The notes: a model not told the origin generated them from the sequence alone. A DNA stretch of 64,000 nt from Yuukianura sp. NJ FZ-2021 (GCA_046563655.1 CM102283.1:7378001-7442000), one strand, 5' to 3'. Positions 30,488 to 46,800 are shown, numbered from the stretch's first letter. A program made the numbers and translations.

Positions 30488-32404
30488 TTACACAGCGACT
30501 TCACCGTGTCCATTTCGAAGTTTCGGCGTTGGAACTATGGATCCTTTCAAGGTCATTTCAATCGAACTGTCTTCAATAAATCCAGCATTGGCTGCACTCG
30601 GATACTGCACATGCGCAGCAGCATTGCACGCGCATGAGCATCTACTCACTTTGAGATCTTCGATGTGCTGGTACATTGACTCCCCTAACTCCGCTTTGTC
30701 CAATCCAATTTCCTCGTTTTTGTCTGTAACTCGCAAAGCCAGTCCAGGGATCTTGTCAATTGTAAATGCCAAAATCAGAGTGACAACAAATGCCCAAGCG
30801 AATCCTGCGCATGTGTCGATGATCTGCAAGTACATTTGTTCCCAATGGCCGTCCAGCCATCCTCCCTTGATCTCTGTTCCATCAACTCCCGCTACTTCTT
30901 TTTCGGCAAATACTGCCGTTAATAGATTCCCGACGATTCCACCGACACCGTGAACACAGAAGACGTCAAAGGCGTCGTCAATGCGCAAGTACTTTTTGCA
31001 AGAGAGACTGAGATTGCAGGTCATTGAGCCCACGATGCCAAAGACCATACTGGATGCTGGTGAGATGTAACCACTGGCGGGAGTAACTGCTACTAGGCCA
31101 CAAACGGCTCCACAGCAGAATCCAAGTGCTGAGAATTTCCGCGGTTTTATTTTGACGTAGTCAAGCAAAGCCCATGTAAGTCCACCGACTGATGCTGATA
31201 GATTTGTTGTAACGAAAACGACGACTGCGCGGTAGTTTGGTGAAAGTCCGGAACCAGCGTTGGCCACTAACCACCCAAACCTTAACAAAAATTAACTTAT
31301 TTTTCTTATTCTGAAATTTTTGAGAAGCAAAATGCGAGTTGAAGTTGATACACTTGTTTGAATGTAACGAACTTACCAAATAAAACTACACCCAAGTATG
31401 ACCTGTTTCAAAATTTAGTTTGTTAGGGTTTTAATTTTACTTTTTTTTCGAATTCAAATTTGAATTTTTTTTTTGACAATCATTACGTGCGTCATGTTAT
31501 GCGGTGGTTTGTCTGTTGGATCTTGACGTTTCCCAAGTACTAAAGCGTAGGCCAACGCCGCAGCTCCCGTTGAAATATGAACTGGCGTCCCGCCGCCAAA
31601 ATCCAAACCTGCAAAGAATCGAGTAATTTTTTATATGATTTTGAAAATTTTCATTTTAATTCAAAAATTGTCAAATTTCAAGTTCTTACCGCCTTCTACG
31701 TAGAGCCAGCCATTAATATTCCTGAAAACGTGTTAACAAAACCATTCAATTTAGAAATGCCTGAAAAAATGGAACTTTCCCGCCAAAATATTTTGTATAC
31801 TTTACCAGGTCCAGTAAGTAAGAAAGTCAAAGACAAAAGTTGACCAGAAGAAAATGAAGACTACTGCTGGAAGGAGACGGGCCCTTTCGCTAAGGGCTCC
31901 CAAGATGATTGTAGGTGTAATGCAGGCAAACAGGCAGTACCAAATGGAAACCAGCAGCGCGGGAACTTTTGGATTCGAAATTGCCGGAGAATCGCCAATG
32001 TTCCTCAGGAAGATATGATCCAGATTGCCAATGAACGGACCTCCAGTGTTGCTCAAACACAAGGAGTAGCCAACCAAGTACCACTATAAAGGAATCACAA
32101 CAATTAACACTTGAATTAATCAGTAATTAGTAAATTAGTAATTAGTTAAATAATTGTTAATTAGAATTACCTGGATCGACACTACTGCAACAGAGTAGAA
32201 ACAAAGAATGGTCAGAATGAGTGAACTTTTGTTAGGTGCGAGGCCATTGTAGAAAAATCCAACGCCCGGGACCATGAGCCACGTGATTGCAGTACAAGCC
32301 AGAAGCCATGTCACATCTCCTGGATTGTACTCGTGATATTTCGGCGTGGTGGATTGGAGCGTCGAATTTTCAAAATTCACGGCGCGAAAAGTAGTGTCTT
32401 CCAT
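30488..32404 (-). CDS. Ammonium transporter of Amt/MEP type (fungal MEP-like), 6 exons
   Basis: PGDVTW...WLMVPGVGFFYNGL, FACITP...GALSERARLLP, YWTWNINGWL, GLDFGGGTPVHIS, WFGWLVANAGS, GAVCGLVAVTPASGY, DDAFDVFCVHGVGG, IKGGWLDGHWEQM, GLDKAELGESMY. Microexons at 31690-31721 and 31377-31402. Confidence 0.92.
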
Positions 32405-34014
32405 GATTTCCACTAGACGACTAAAAATACGACAAGTTTTAAGAATCGATGTAGTTGTTACGCAACATGCAACATTTTTCTAAGCAGTTGACCTTCATTG
32501 CACGAGGGAAAATAATTAACGTAACAAGGTTTAGCAATTCTTGGTAATGGGGGATGATGGGTCAGGCATGATCTTGCCATTAATTTTTTGTTTCAATTTC
32601 AGGGTCAAGTTTTGAAACTTTTTTCTTCTTTTGTTGAGGTAGCACTGTAAACTAAAGATGCATTTTTAGTACATGTTATAGTCATTGTTCCATGATTTAT
32701 ACAAATTTTATTATTAGCTTCTGCATCCTAATATTTTAGTAACTTACTTACTCTATTTTAAGTTTTAAAACTTGTTCCACTACATACTTTTTGTTAGCTT
32801 CGAAAAATTCTGCAATTTAAAAAAAAGGTATTAATTCTAACTTAATTGAAAACAGGTTAAGCAATTTTTTCCAAAAATTGGACTCGTGTGACTTTTTTGG
32901 GAGCTCATTTTAACTAGATTCAGACTTTTTTTAAAATTTACATTTCCTTCAGACTTATTGTGTCCAAAAATAATTTTTGAAAAAAATTCTAATTAATTTT
33001 AAAAGAAGTTATTTCAGGATGGGTGTGTCCGTTTCCTATTTACCTTGGCGTGTTATATTTTTGCCTTATAGCGTGCATTATGCATGTCAAAAATTTTGTC
33101 ACGAAGTTGGCATAAAAAGACGACGAAAAAATGAAAACTTTTCCCAGGAAAACTTTTTCATTGCGTTCGGACTGAAAGAGGAATTCATTTAGAATGAAAT
33201 GTTAAACAAAAATTTGGGGCGTTTTGAAATTTTTCATACTTCAAGATGTTCCTTTAATAAATTTTGCACTTTATTTTGCAAATTTTGAAAGATTCAAAAG
33301 AATTCAAATTAGAAACGTCTCCACTTGGAGTTGATTGATATCATTGGAAATTCCATTCTGAGAATCATAAACTTCGCTTGTGATGATGATGACGTAGCAC
33401 TTGAATCGCCCCCGCCAAACTTTAAACTTGGAAAGAACGCTGATCATTACACTTGCAAAAACATGCATACATCATCACCTCCGATTCGCTTAACTATTTT
33501 TTTCTTTCAGTTTACTGCAGATTCTCGTTTTGTAAAACTTTAGACAACTCTAAAGACAAGATGCCTTTGTTTTATTTTCAGATTATCCCAATTTTTTAAG
33601 AATTTGACTCGTGTTTCATCGTTTCCAAAGTATTTTGCTTAATAAGCCAAGGCTAAACCCCAACTTTATAACTTCGTATAAGAGATTCCGACTTCTCACT
33701 TCCCAATCGGTGTCATCCTTTCCTAAATTTTAAAAATAGATTTTGATCTGAACAGGATAAGAAGATTTGGAGTATTTTTAGAACTTACTGCACGGAGCAG
33801 GAACTTTCTCGGATGGAACGGGGAGGACACAGTCAGTGGACGGAATTCCACAAGTCTCGAATGTTCACACTTTCAAACAATTCCTCCATTTTATTTTGTA
33901 CCCACACGTCATTCTCAACTTAATTGTTCTTCTACGTCTTAATTCTACTTTGATTACTTTCAACAGTTAAGTTCAATTAGAGTTAACTCAGCAGTGTTTC
34001 AGGTTCACAACGAA

Positions 34015-37902
<3,888 letters not shown>

Positions 37903-38421
37903 ATTTGTGAACTGGACTTTTGGACAGAAATATTTTCTTTGAGTTTACTCTATTCGAAATTTTTGTTTTTGCAAATCAAATGTTCGTTCGTTGTCCCTTT
38001 TCTAAAAATTACCGAATAAAATGAAGCATCGTTTAAAATTTTTATTGTCCATCACGTCAAACTTTGATTACTTAATTTCAAAAAAAATATCATTAAAGTA
38101 AACGTTGAAGTAAACGTAAATTTTAGTGAAGTACAGAATTAGAATTGGAAAAATAGAAGTTAAGAATGACATGCAGAGAATAAGAGGAAGGAATCATTTT
38201 GGCATAATGAATTAGGTTAGGCTTGCCTAACTTATGAATAGTTAGGAAAGAAAGAAGACAAAGTAAGAAAAGTTAGGCTAGTTTAAGCTAACCTAATGTT
38301 TAAAGTCGAAGCTAAACATGAAAGTAATAGAAATTTAGAAATTATAAGTTTTAAGAGGGAATCAGCGTTCGAACGCATGTGTGAACAACACCAGGACCTG
38401 CGCAATGCGTTAAGGTGGACT

Positions 38422-39290
38422 TCATTTGTAAACTACGCGCGGTTTAGGTGGTGCTGCATTCCTTTTGTAGACAACCCTAGGTTTTGGTGGGGCGGGTTCT
38501 CTTTTATAGACAACCCTAGGTTTTGGTGGCGCTGGTTCTCTCTTGTAAACAACCCTAGGTTTTGGTGGGGCGGGTTCTCGTTTGTAGACTACCCTTGGTT
38601 TTGGTGGCGCTGCTTCTCTCTTGTAGACAACCCTCGGTTTTGGTGGGGCTGCTTCTCTCTTGTAGACAACCCTGGGTTTTGGTGGCGCTGCTTCTCTCTT
38701 GTAGACAACCCTCGGTTTGGGTGGGGCTGCTTCTCTCTTGTAGACAACCCTTGGTTTTGGTGGCGCCGGTTCTCTCTTGTAGACAACCCTGGGTTTTGGT
38801 GGGGCCGGTTCTCTTTTATAGACTACTCTGGGTTTCGGCGGTGCAGGTTCCGGAAGTGGACTTCTCTTATAGACAACCCTGGGTTTTGGTGGGGCGGGTT
38901 CCCTTTTGTAGACAACCCTGGGTTTTGGTGGTGCAGGTTCTGGAAGTGGACTTCGTTTGTAGACAACCCGGGGTTTTGGTGGTGCTGCACTTCGCTCCAC
39001 CCGTTCGTCACTTTCCTCGCTTTCCAGTGAAGCTTGGAGCTGGAGATCTACCTCCTCTTCCGATAGATCACCATTTTCTAAGGTTCCATCATCCTACACA
39101 CAACAGTTTAAATCAAATAATGTTACATAATTACATAATCTAATAAAACATTGAATTCTTTAGTAAAAAAAATCATTAAATAAGAAAGACTGATTTTTTC
39201 TTAAGTTGATCAAAGAGGTACCTCGACATTTGAAGCTGTAGCAACGAGGAGGGCTGCAATAAAAATCAGAATGCCCTTGTAGGGCAACAT
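38422..39290 (-). CDS. Secreted multi-copy peptide precursor (246 aa): signal peptide, acidic propiece and 14 x APPKPRVVY-K(R)
   Basis: Exon 1 39290-39222 MLPYKGILIFIAALLVATASNVE with phase-0 gtacc donor. Exon 2 39093-38422 DDGTLENGDLSEEEVDLQLQASLESEESDERVER followed by 14 repeats separated by KR. Minus-strand AATAAA at 38046-38041. Confidence 0.88.
38425..38991. repeat. Coding tandem repeat, 39-bp unit (two units of 51 bp), 14 copies
   Basis: Repeated ...TTGTAGACAACCCTGGGTTTTGGTGG... with variation at synonymous and spacer positions only. Confidence 0.95.
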
Positions 39291-39330
39291 TTTAGACCTG
39301 AATTGTTGGAGTGGACAATGATCACAAAAT

Positions 39331-39468
39331 GCTGAGAAGTTTGGAATTGCCGCTTAAATACGAAAAATACTTCCGAAGTTACCCCAGTTCTTACCCAAAT
39401 CAACCACTAAAGAACTACTCCCAGGATAGGATGTGGTCAATTAGACAATTTCCAGTGACAAATTTCCC
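39331..39468 (-). promoter_or_regulatory. Candidate core promoter of the peptide precursor, with kB-like motifs
   Basis: TATTTAA at 39360-39354, about 27 nt upstream of an Inr-like TCAGC (39335-39331); GGGGTAACTTC at 39385-39375 and GGGAAATTTG at 39468-39459. Confidence 0.4.
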
Positions 39469-42400
39469 AATTATGGCGTGCAATTCTACAAAAAACACCA
39501 AGAATCGTATTTAGCACCACGATTAACTTACCAATATTAGGGAAACTGATTTAAATAACTTAAACTGGATAAGTTTTAGTTCTAAGTTGACCAAAATGTT
39601 AACCACTGTTAATTTTTATAAACTTACTGTTAAGAACTTAATTAACAAATGCAACTTGTGGGTTACCAACATAGATGAGCTATTTTACTAATAAGTAAAG
39701 TGATTGATGATGTGCTGCTGCAGTAGTTTGGTGCGTTGATGAAGATGAGGTGATGAAGAAGCTTATTAGTAGGCCGCAAGAGCCGAATTGTGCGGCTGCG
39801 GTGAAAGCACAGAAAAAAGCAACGGTGTGATACGGCCTTTACATTTGCTGAGATTAGAATTTTTTTGTAACAAATTTTTTGTAACCGGTTTTTAGTTGCC
39901 ACAAAATTGCGACAAATTTGATAATTCTAAAACCATTATTTAAAGACTAATTAGGAATAATCAGAACAAATGCGGCCAAAAAATACTTTAATTTTGCATT
40001 TGCAAAGAACCACACGGAGAAAAAAAACGCAAAGTAAGTTTGCCAAACTTTCACTTTTAAGCCTTTACGCTACCATACACGCAGAAAAAATTCCATAAGT
40101 TTGCGCCACATTCAAAATTCAAAAAAGCATCAATTCAAAATTGTAGATTTTGATGCGTGCCTAATTTATCCAGCAGCGAGTGCCATCTCTTATCCTTCCG
40201 ATCGATATTAAATAGATTTTGGAATTGAGATAAAACCATGCATGCATCAATCTCCCTAAATGAATGAACTGCATTACTTACTGCATACCTACCTGACTAC
40301 TACGCAATTCAAAAATCAAAATCTCATTGGCGGGAGTGGGTAGCAACAATGTGAAGTTGATGGCGCATGCGGAAGCTTCGCTCGTTTCATCTTGATTAGT
40401 CATGCCCGAAAGTTATTTTGATGATTATGCTCTCTATATCACAGGAAGGGACGCGGAGATTTGGGATAAAAATTGAGGAATTTATGCACATTCCTGAGTT
40501 CGCTCCTGATTCTTTACTCATACATCAACAACTAAACAAAGAGGATTAACGTTAAACCAAGAAGAATTGTTGATGAATGTAACGTTAACATTTAACATTA
40601 GTTTTTGAAGGCTCATTTCTGGAAGCTCCTTTCGTCACACAAAGTCTATTGGATCCTTTCTTCTCTGTCTTCACAAGAAGTGAATCTTGTGCTCCAGAGT
40701 TGATAAGTTTCTCTCGTCAGATCAACTTCAGAAGACCACTACGTCCCACGTCTTTTCTCTTGTTTCAACGTGGGTAACTGCAACAATATACACTAATTAA
40801 TCACGTTAATCCACCACCCACCAGGAAGGAATCTATCTCAACGGAACTATCGACGTAATCTGCATCGCTGCGGTATCGTGTGCGGTAAAGACACAATTTC
40901 CTATCATAATCTTTAGTGTTCTAATCAAATCTTCCTCTAAACATATCTTGTTCCTCCATATCTGACCACCCGTAATCGACGATTGCTAATCGTCCAGTAG
41001 TATTGTCACTCTCGTTAGTTGTCACTAATCGTAATCATGCCAGTATTTTTGAATAATCGATGACAAGGAATGTCAGTTATGCTTATTTGCATATTCAAAA
41101 AACGGCGCGAATTTCCCCATTTTTGAGGGATCGAATTCGTTTACATTGAGTTAGAACTTATTCCGGTTATCCAGAATTTACTTAGATTTTTAATCATAAT
41201 CGGTTAGGGTTAACCCAAATTTAAGCTCTGGCAAGGATTATAACGTTTTCGGACAGTGCGAATTTCCATTGCAAAAATGATGTATTTTTTTTTTCAAAAA
41301 CGTAAATGTAAACATGCGTCATCATGCCTCATACGTTTACATGATTAGGGGGTGGATTCGGTCGCCAGCCCTTGACTTTTCTTTGTTAAGTCGGATTAAA
41401 TATTGAAACTTTTCAATTCCAAAGTCCGAGAAAGTTTTAAAATACTTTTTTTTTGAGTCAGTGACTAAAAACAGAGATGAGAGTTACTTTTAAGCCTTTG
41501 AATTTGTTGAACATGGGTCTTCTCAATTTCAATTTTTACATAAGTTTCAACTTTTGAAGGAAAGAGTTAGAGAGGATGGGGTCAAAAGGTGAGAATTGAC
41601 TGGGAACTACACTAAAAACGTCTTCATTTCACATGATGATCATGAAGACCATCATGACGAGCACCCACTTGTCCTCAAAATTCTTCCCTTCTGTCTTATG
41701 TCTTACCGTTCCGTTAAGTTTAACTTAAAAATAAGAGCAGTAGCTACTTTTTAACAGTCAAGACTAAGATGGGCCGCTGGAGGTCAACTCAGGTCGTCGT
41801 CATCCCCATCCGTATGTCATCTCTGACTTTCAAATGAGCTCCCCTCCTCTAAAAACCACAAAGACATTAATGGAGTCAGGGGGAAAAGGATTTTCTTAAT
41901 TTTTTTTAGTTCAATAAATTGAGTTTTTAGGGAGTGACTGTCGTGGTCCCTATGGTTTTAAAAACGACTGTAGTTATGTACACTATGGGGTCATTGAGAA
42001 GGGGCACTTGGATTTTGGTTTCAGTTGGTTTAGTTGTTGCGTTTTGAAGGTTCAGTGTGACCTCGATGTGACCTCTGAATGACTTCCAACGAACAGTGTT
42101 CAATGTTAGCTTTTTCCAGGCTAGGACGACAGTTCACTCTGCTTGGTCTTTGGACTGTTCATTAATTTTTATGATGAAAAGTCGAAAGAAGTGTTTATGA
42201 CAAGTATTTTCAAAGATTTAGTAAAAAAGGTATTACAAAAAGTTAAACCGTTTTAATGAATTCGGTCCCTAACAAAATCAATTTTTTTTAGCCATTCACA
42301 CATTTTGTCGCAGACTGGCGGCAAATTCAAACGTCAGCCTGACTGTTCTATTGATAAACTTGTATTTTATTATCATTTGCCATAATAATATTTTATTATC

Positions 42401-43560
42401 CAACTATTACATATTAAAGTTAACGTTCGCGGAAAGTATGATTTGGTGATTTACAACGTATTAAACGCGGTTAAAACTAATTTTTGGTTTTGTTGTAGTT
42501 ATGGGGTAACGTGAGACACGGTTCGTTGACCTGATGAGATATTAAGTATCAGTGTCATTGAGAAGTGACTAAATATAGTAGTAAGTGTCTAGTGACTGTC
42601 ATAATCAGGAACCAATTGATAATTGATTGGACTATTTGTAGGGCTGAACGTAACCTTCACCTTCCTTGTCGGAGGTTATCCAGAATCTCCGATTTGTTTT
42701 GTCTGACGTAGCGACAATATCGTATACAGCATTTCCAATGCATTTTTAACGTTATAGACGTAGTAAAAGTACTGGTTGTGGTGGGAATATGGGATAGGCC
42801 AAATCAGTAGCATGATTAGATATCCCGAATTATCCTATACACACTTCAATTCAATTCTTTATAACTTTAACTTTCAAGTAAGTCACGTGCCGCGCAATCT
42901 TTTTAACATTTTCATTCTTCATTCATCACAATTTCGCATCTTTTGAATTTCCCGCTTTCGGATTTCAGTGGAAAGTTTTGTATTTACGTCGAAATTGACT
43001 TGAAACGGAACGTTTTTTTTCTGCAATCATCTTCCCGCTGAAAGTCAAACTTAAGTTGAATGAAAATTTGGTTCCAGGAAATGTCCAAGTGTTGAAATTT
43101 TTTATGTTTACACAGGATGTTGAGAGGTCACCGCGTTTTCCATAATTTTTTTTTGTGGGGACTAAAACTTTTAGTCCAAAACCGATGACTTTGGAGCAGT
43201 TTATGGATTTTGAGTTTGAGTTTTTTACTTGTAAGTTTTCTAGTCCTGATTTTTTTTGAGGATTTGAAAGAAATGATTTTTAAATGCTCTGTTGCGGTTA
43301 CATTCATTTCCCATCTAACGTGTACAAAAAAGTACTAAAAGTTCTATGTGATTTGACTGGGTAAGGAGTCTTAATTATTCTTCAGACTTAAGAAAAAAAA
43401 ACAATTCACAGTGGAGGATCCATTAGAAGGACGACGACGTAGTTAAATGTGCTTGCGGTTGAGTAACAATTTTTTCATTTTTTGGTTGTCGCTTCCTGAG
43501 CATAAGTTCATGTCGCATCTCCAAGTCCCCGTATAATCTTTTGCTAAGTTAATTCTTCCA

Positions 43561-43671
43561 TATACTGTGGGGATTCGGGGTTCGGGGGGTATTCTGTGGG
43601 GATTCGGAAATATACTGTGGGGATTCGGGGGGTATACTGTGGGGATTCGGAGTTATGCTGGGGGGATTTTT
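43561..43671 (+). repeat. G-rich tandem repeat (TATACTGTGGGGATTCGG-like, about 5 copies) upstream of the first srp coding exon
   Basis: Directly visible repeated GGGGATT cores. Confidence 0.75.
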
Positions 43672-43826
43672 GTTAAGACTTGAGATGAAGATGCTTAAGA
43701 AGTCTCTGAGTAGTTATCTTCTTTTTGAAGTAATTGTTAATTATTAATTAAATAATAATTAGGAGCCCAAGAGGAAGGAGGACGTGAACCACAAGGACCC
43801 ACCCACCCCACCACCACCACGAAGCG

Positions 43827-46800
43827 ATGGACTCTGTTCAAGAAGACTGCTTGAGCGCTGCTACTGTTAGTAGTATGCGGGCACAACGGGTGGGGATCGA
43901 CTGCTCTCCGTTGTCACCCAGTTCGATTCCAGGAGGGGGCCACAACTCTCCTGTCGAATCGTCGTCAACTGTGGCCACTGCGGATGATTTGCAAGACCAA
44001 ACTGAAGACGATATCCAGAATCCCACGTCCCCTGCTATCCTCGTCCAGATCCCCAAAATCTCTCCAGTCATCATTCTGTCAAGTAGTCCGCACAATAACA
44101 TGAGTGTCAGCGCTGGTCTCGGCACTACGCTTGACCCCAACTCATGTTCCGCAGAGTCCGAATCCGATTCGTCATCAGACTCCGCACTCCATCACTCTCT
44201 CCATATCCACAACAATAGTTTGGCTCATACGAGTGTCATTGTTGAGAATGGGTCACACTTTGCCCTTGGCGACCACCATCCAATCCCCCTGCATCATAAT
44301 AATAACAATGGAAATCTCCAGTTTCGCAAACCGGAAGTGTACCAGTACTTGCTGAGCAATATGGGAGGACTGGCAGAGGAACATCGTGGTCACCATGGAA
44401 ACGACGAGGATGATCTAGTGATGCAAGATATCAAGCCGAATCCACTGGACTTGGTGGCACATCATGAGCAATCGCATCACTACCACTCTGGTGGACTCTG
44501 CAACAACTCGTCTGCGCAGACGCAGCAACATCAACAACAAAATCTTCATCACAACAATTCGCCTAACGGGTCCTCCAATCACCCGCACCACCACTCAGAA
44601 CATCCTCATCACCAACCGGCGCATGCTCACAACGGAGGATCTTCTTCTAGTAACAGGCAAGCATTTACGCAATTATTTTCGAAAACCTACAAAATTTTGA
44701 AAAAACGAAAATAGATTGCAGCTAGCTTCTTAGTCATGTGATTGTGCAAAGTTTAAGTAAAAGATTCTGGAAATTTTAAACTTTGTACATGGCCGCAAGC
44801 AACGCGGTCAGGTTTGAACTTTGACCAAACTTTTTTTTTTGTTCGTATTTTTGAAAACTTTTGTAAAGGAAAGTTTATGATTCAACTTTTCTTAAAAGTT
44901 GTTTTGTTTTTTCTAAAAATGGACTTTTGGGGTAATATGAGAAACAAAAAATGTTGTTGGACTTGAGTCATACCGGTCATGGTTGCCTCAAAGTTGCGTT
45001 GTTCTGACTCACTTTCAAACAAGAATTTTCGTTTTTGGGAAACTTCTTTTGAAAAACTATTATTTTGAGAAAAGTTTGTTTACTTTTGGATGAGTCACTG
45101 TATATTTTTGGTTTTTGTGTGTTTAGGAGCGGTAGTTCGGAGGATGGACATCACATTTACAGCAGCCTGGAGCCCCACCCCCAAGGGCCCTACAACTCTC
45201 TCATCTACACCACCTACAATCTGGGTGGACATGGACATCAGGACCTCCCTTCAACCCCCTGGCAAAACTCTGGCTCATCCGCAGGTATAACTAAAAATAA
45301 AAGTGGCCCTTAAGTACCCCTCTGTCATTAGGACACTCACTTCAAGTCTTAATCGTCTTTTAATTTAACTTTTTTTCAGATTTGGAAGGTTATAAGCAGC
45401 CCAACTTCTTTCCGCAGAACTCACTTCCATCTATCTTCGGCAGAAATCGGTTCCAACCTTATCCCAACAGTCGTAAGTTCTTGACACGCAGAAATACGCG
45501 CTGTTTTTCAAAATTTTGTGAAAAAAAGTTCTGATTTTTAAGTAATTTGTCGAAGCTAGCTTGAAATTTTGGCAGTGGTGTTACAAATATTGTTGTTTTT
45601 TGTTACAGAATATCACTCTGATGGGTTTTCGCAGTCCGGAACGTGGCCAGGGTACAATTTGGACTTGGCCAACTTCAATGTAATTGGAGCTGGTGGTGGG
45701 ACGGGTGGGAACAGTCATAGCAGCTCCACTTCAGCTTCCGGTGGGGCCTTATCCACCAACCACGCCTTCAATTCCGCTGGAAATGTGAGCAGCTCAAGAG
45801 GAGGCGGAGTTTTGTCGGGACTCATCAAAGGCCAATCCCCACATCTCACCGGTAAGCTTACGTTTTTACATTAACTTTTATAACATGAATTCATGAATTC
45901 TATAGGCGGCAAAGTTAGTTTTTAAATTAATCAAAATTTTAATTCCATATTTCGAAATTTTGAATCTCTTGGTTAGACTTTTGTATTTGACTCGTGCGGC
46001 ACGAGTCGTGCCGCAACTGCAACGATAGGCTTTTATCTCGTTACACGTCAAATGGCGCTGTATTTAAGTGGATAAGAGATTAACCACGTTATAGAAACCA
46101 AGTTACAAGAATTAGTTAGGCTTAAGGACTTTGACACTTTGGTATAAGTGTTAGTTATCACTTGTCACTTTACCAGAATTGAATTCCAATTGCCTTGTTT
46201 TTGGCTTTTGTTATCACCTCAAATTAGGTTTACAGTAAGTTCGTAATTGTAATTAGTTAGGGAATGCTTGGCCACGGTTTGCCGCCGCAGAAATGAGATA
46301 AAGGTGACCAGTTTTTTGAAAAGAACCGCCGCCGCCTTGTGGTCCATTTAAATATGGTTCAATTAATCACTCACACTTTGGGTTTTGGGTTAGAGAATCC
46401 GTCTTATCTAAAGTATTGGCAAGCATTGGCAATTTACAATTCCTAATTTACAATTGATCGTTAATTTGTTAGGGCAATTTAAATGGAGAGAGGAAAATTA
46501 CTCCGATTTGTTTAGAATTTGAATTTTGGCGGCGGGGGATGAGGGATGTTTTCTGCTTAAGATTTTTGTAAGCTTTGGGCTGTTCAATTGTGCAAATTTT
46601 GTGCTGGAGTTAACTTTTGATGTATTTAGAAGTTCGGATGTCTGAGGATTAGATGATGGTTTGAATTTAATGGCGGATCATATTGCATTGTTAAAGTTGA
46701 AATGGATGTTTAATTGTTTATTGACTTAATGGTAATGGGTTTCTATTGTTTCTGACAAGTTCAGGTTCAAGGTTCTGGTTAACTTTCTTGTGTTCTTAAG

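Noticed and set aside
38425-38991. CRISPR-like regular repeats
   Set aside because: No unique spacers, no cas genes and a eukaryotic context; this is a coding tandem repeat.
38296-39143. Plus-strand 244-aa and 193-aa repetitive ORFs (FSLVDNPRFWW...)
   Set aside because: Antisense shadows of the peptide-precursor repeat. Variation is synonymous only in the minus frame, which also has the signal exon.
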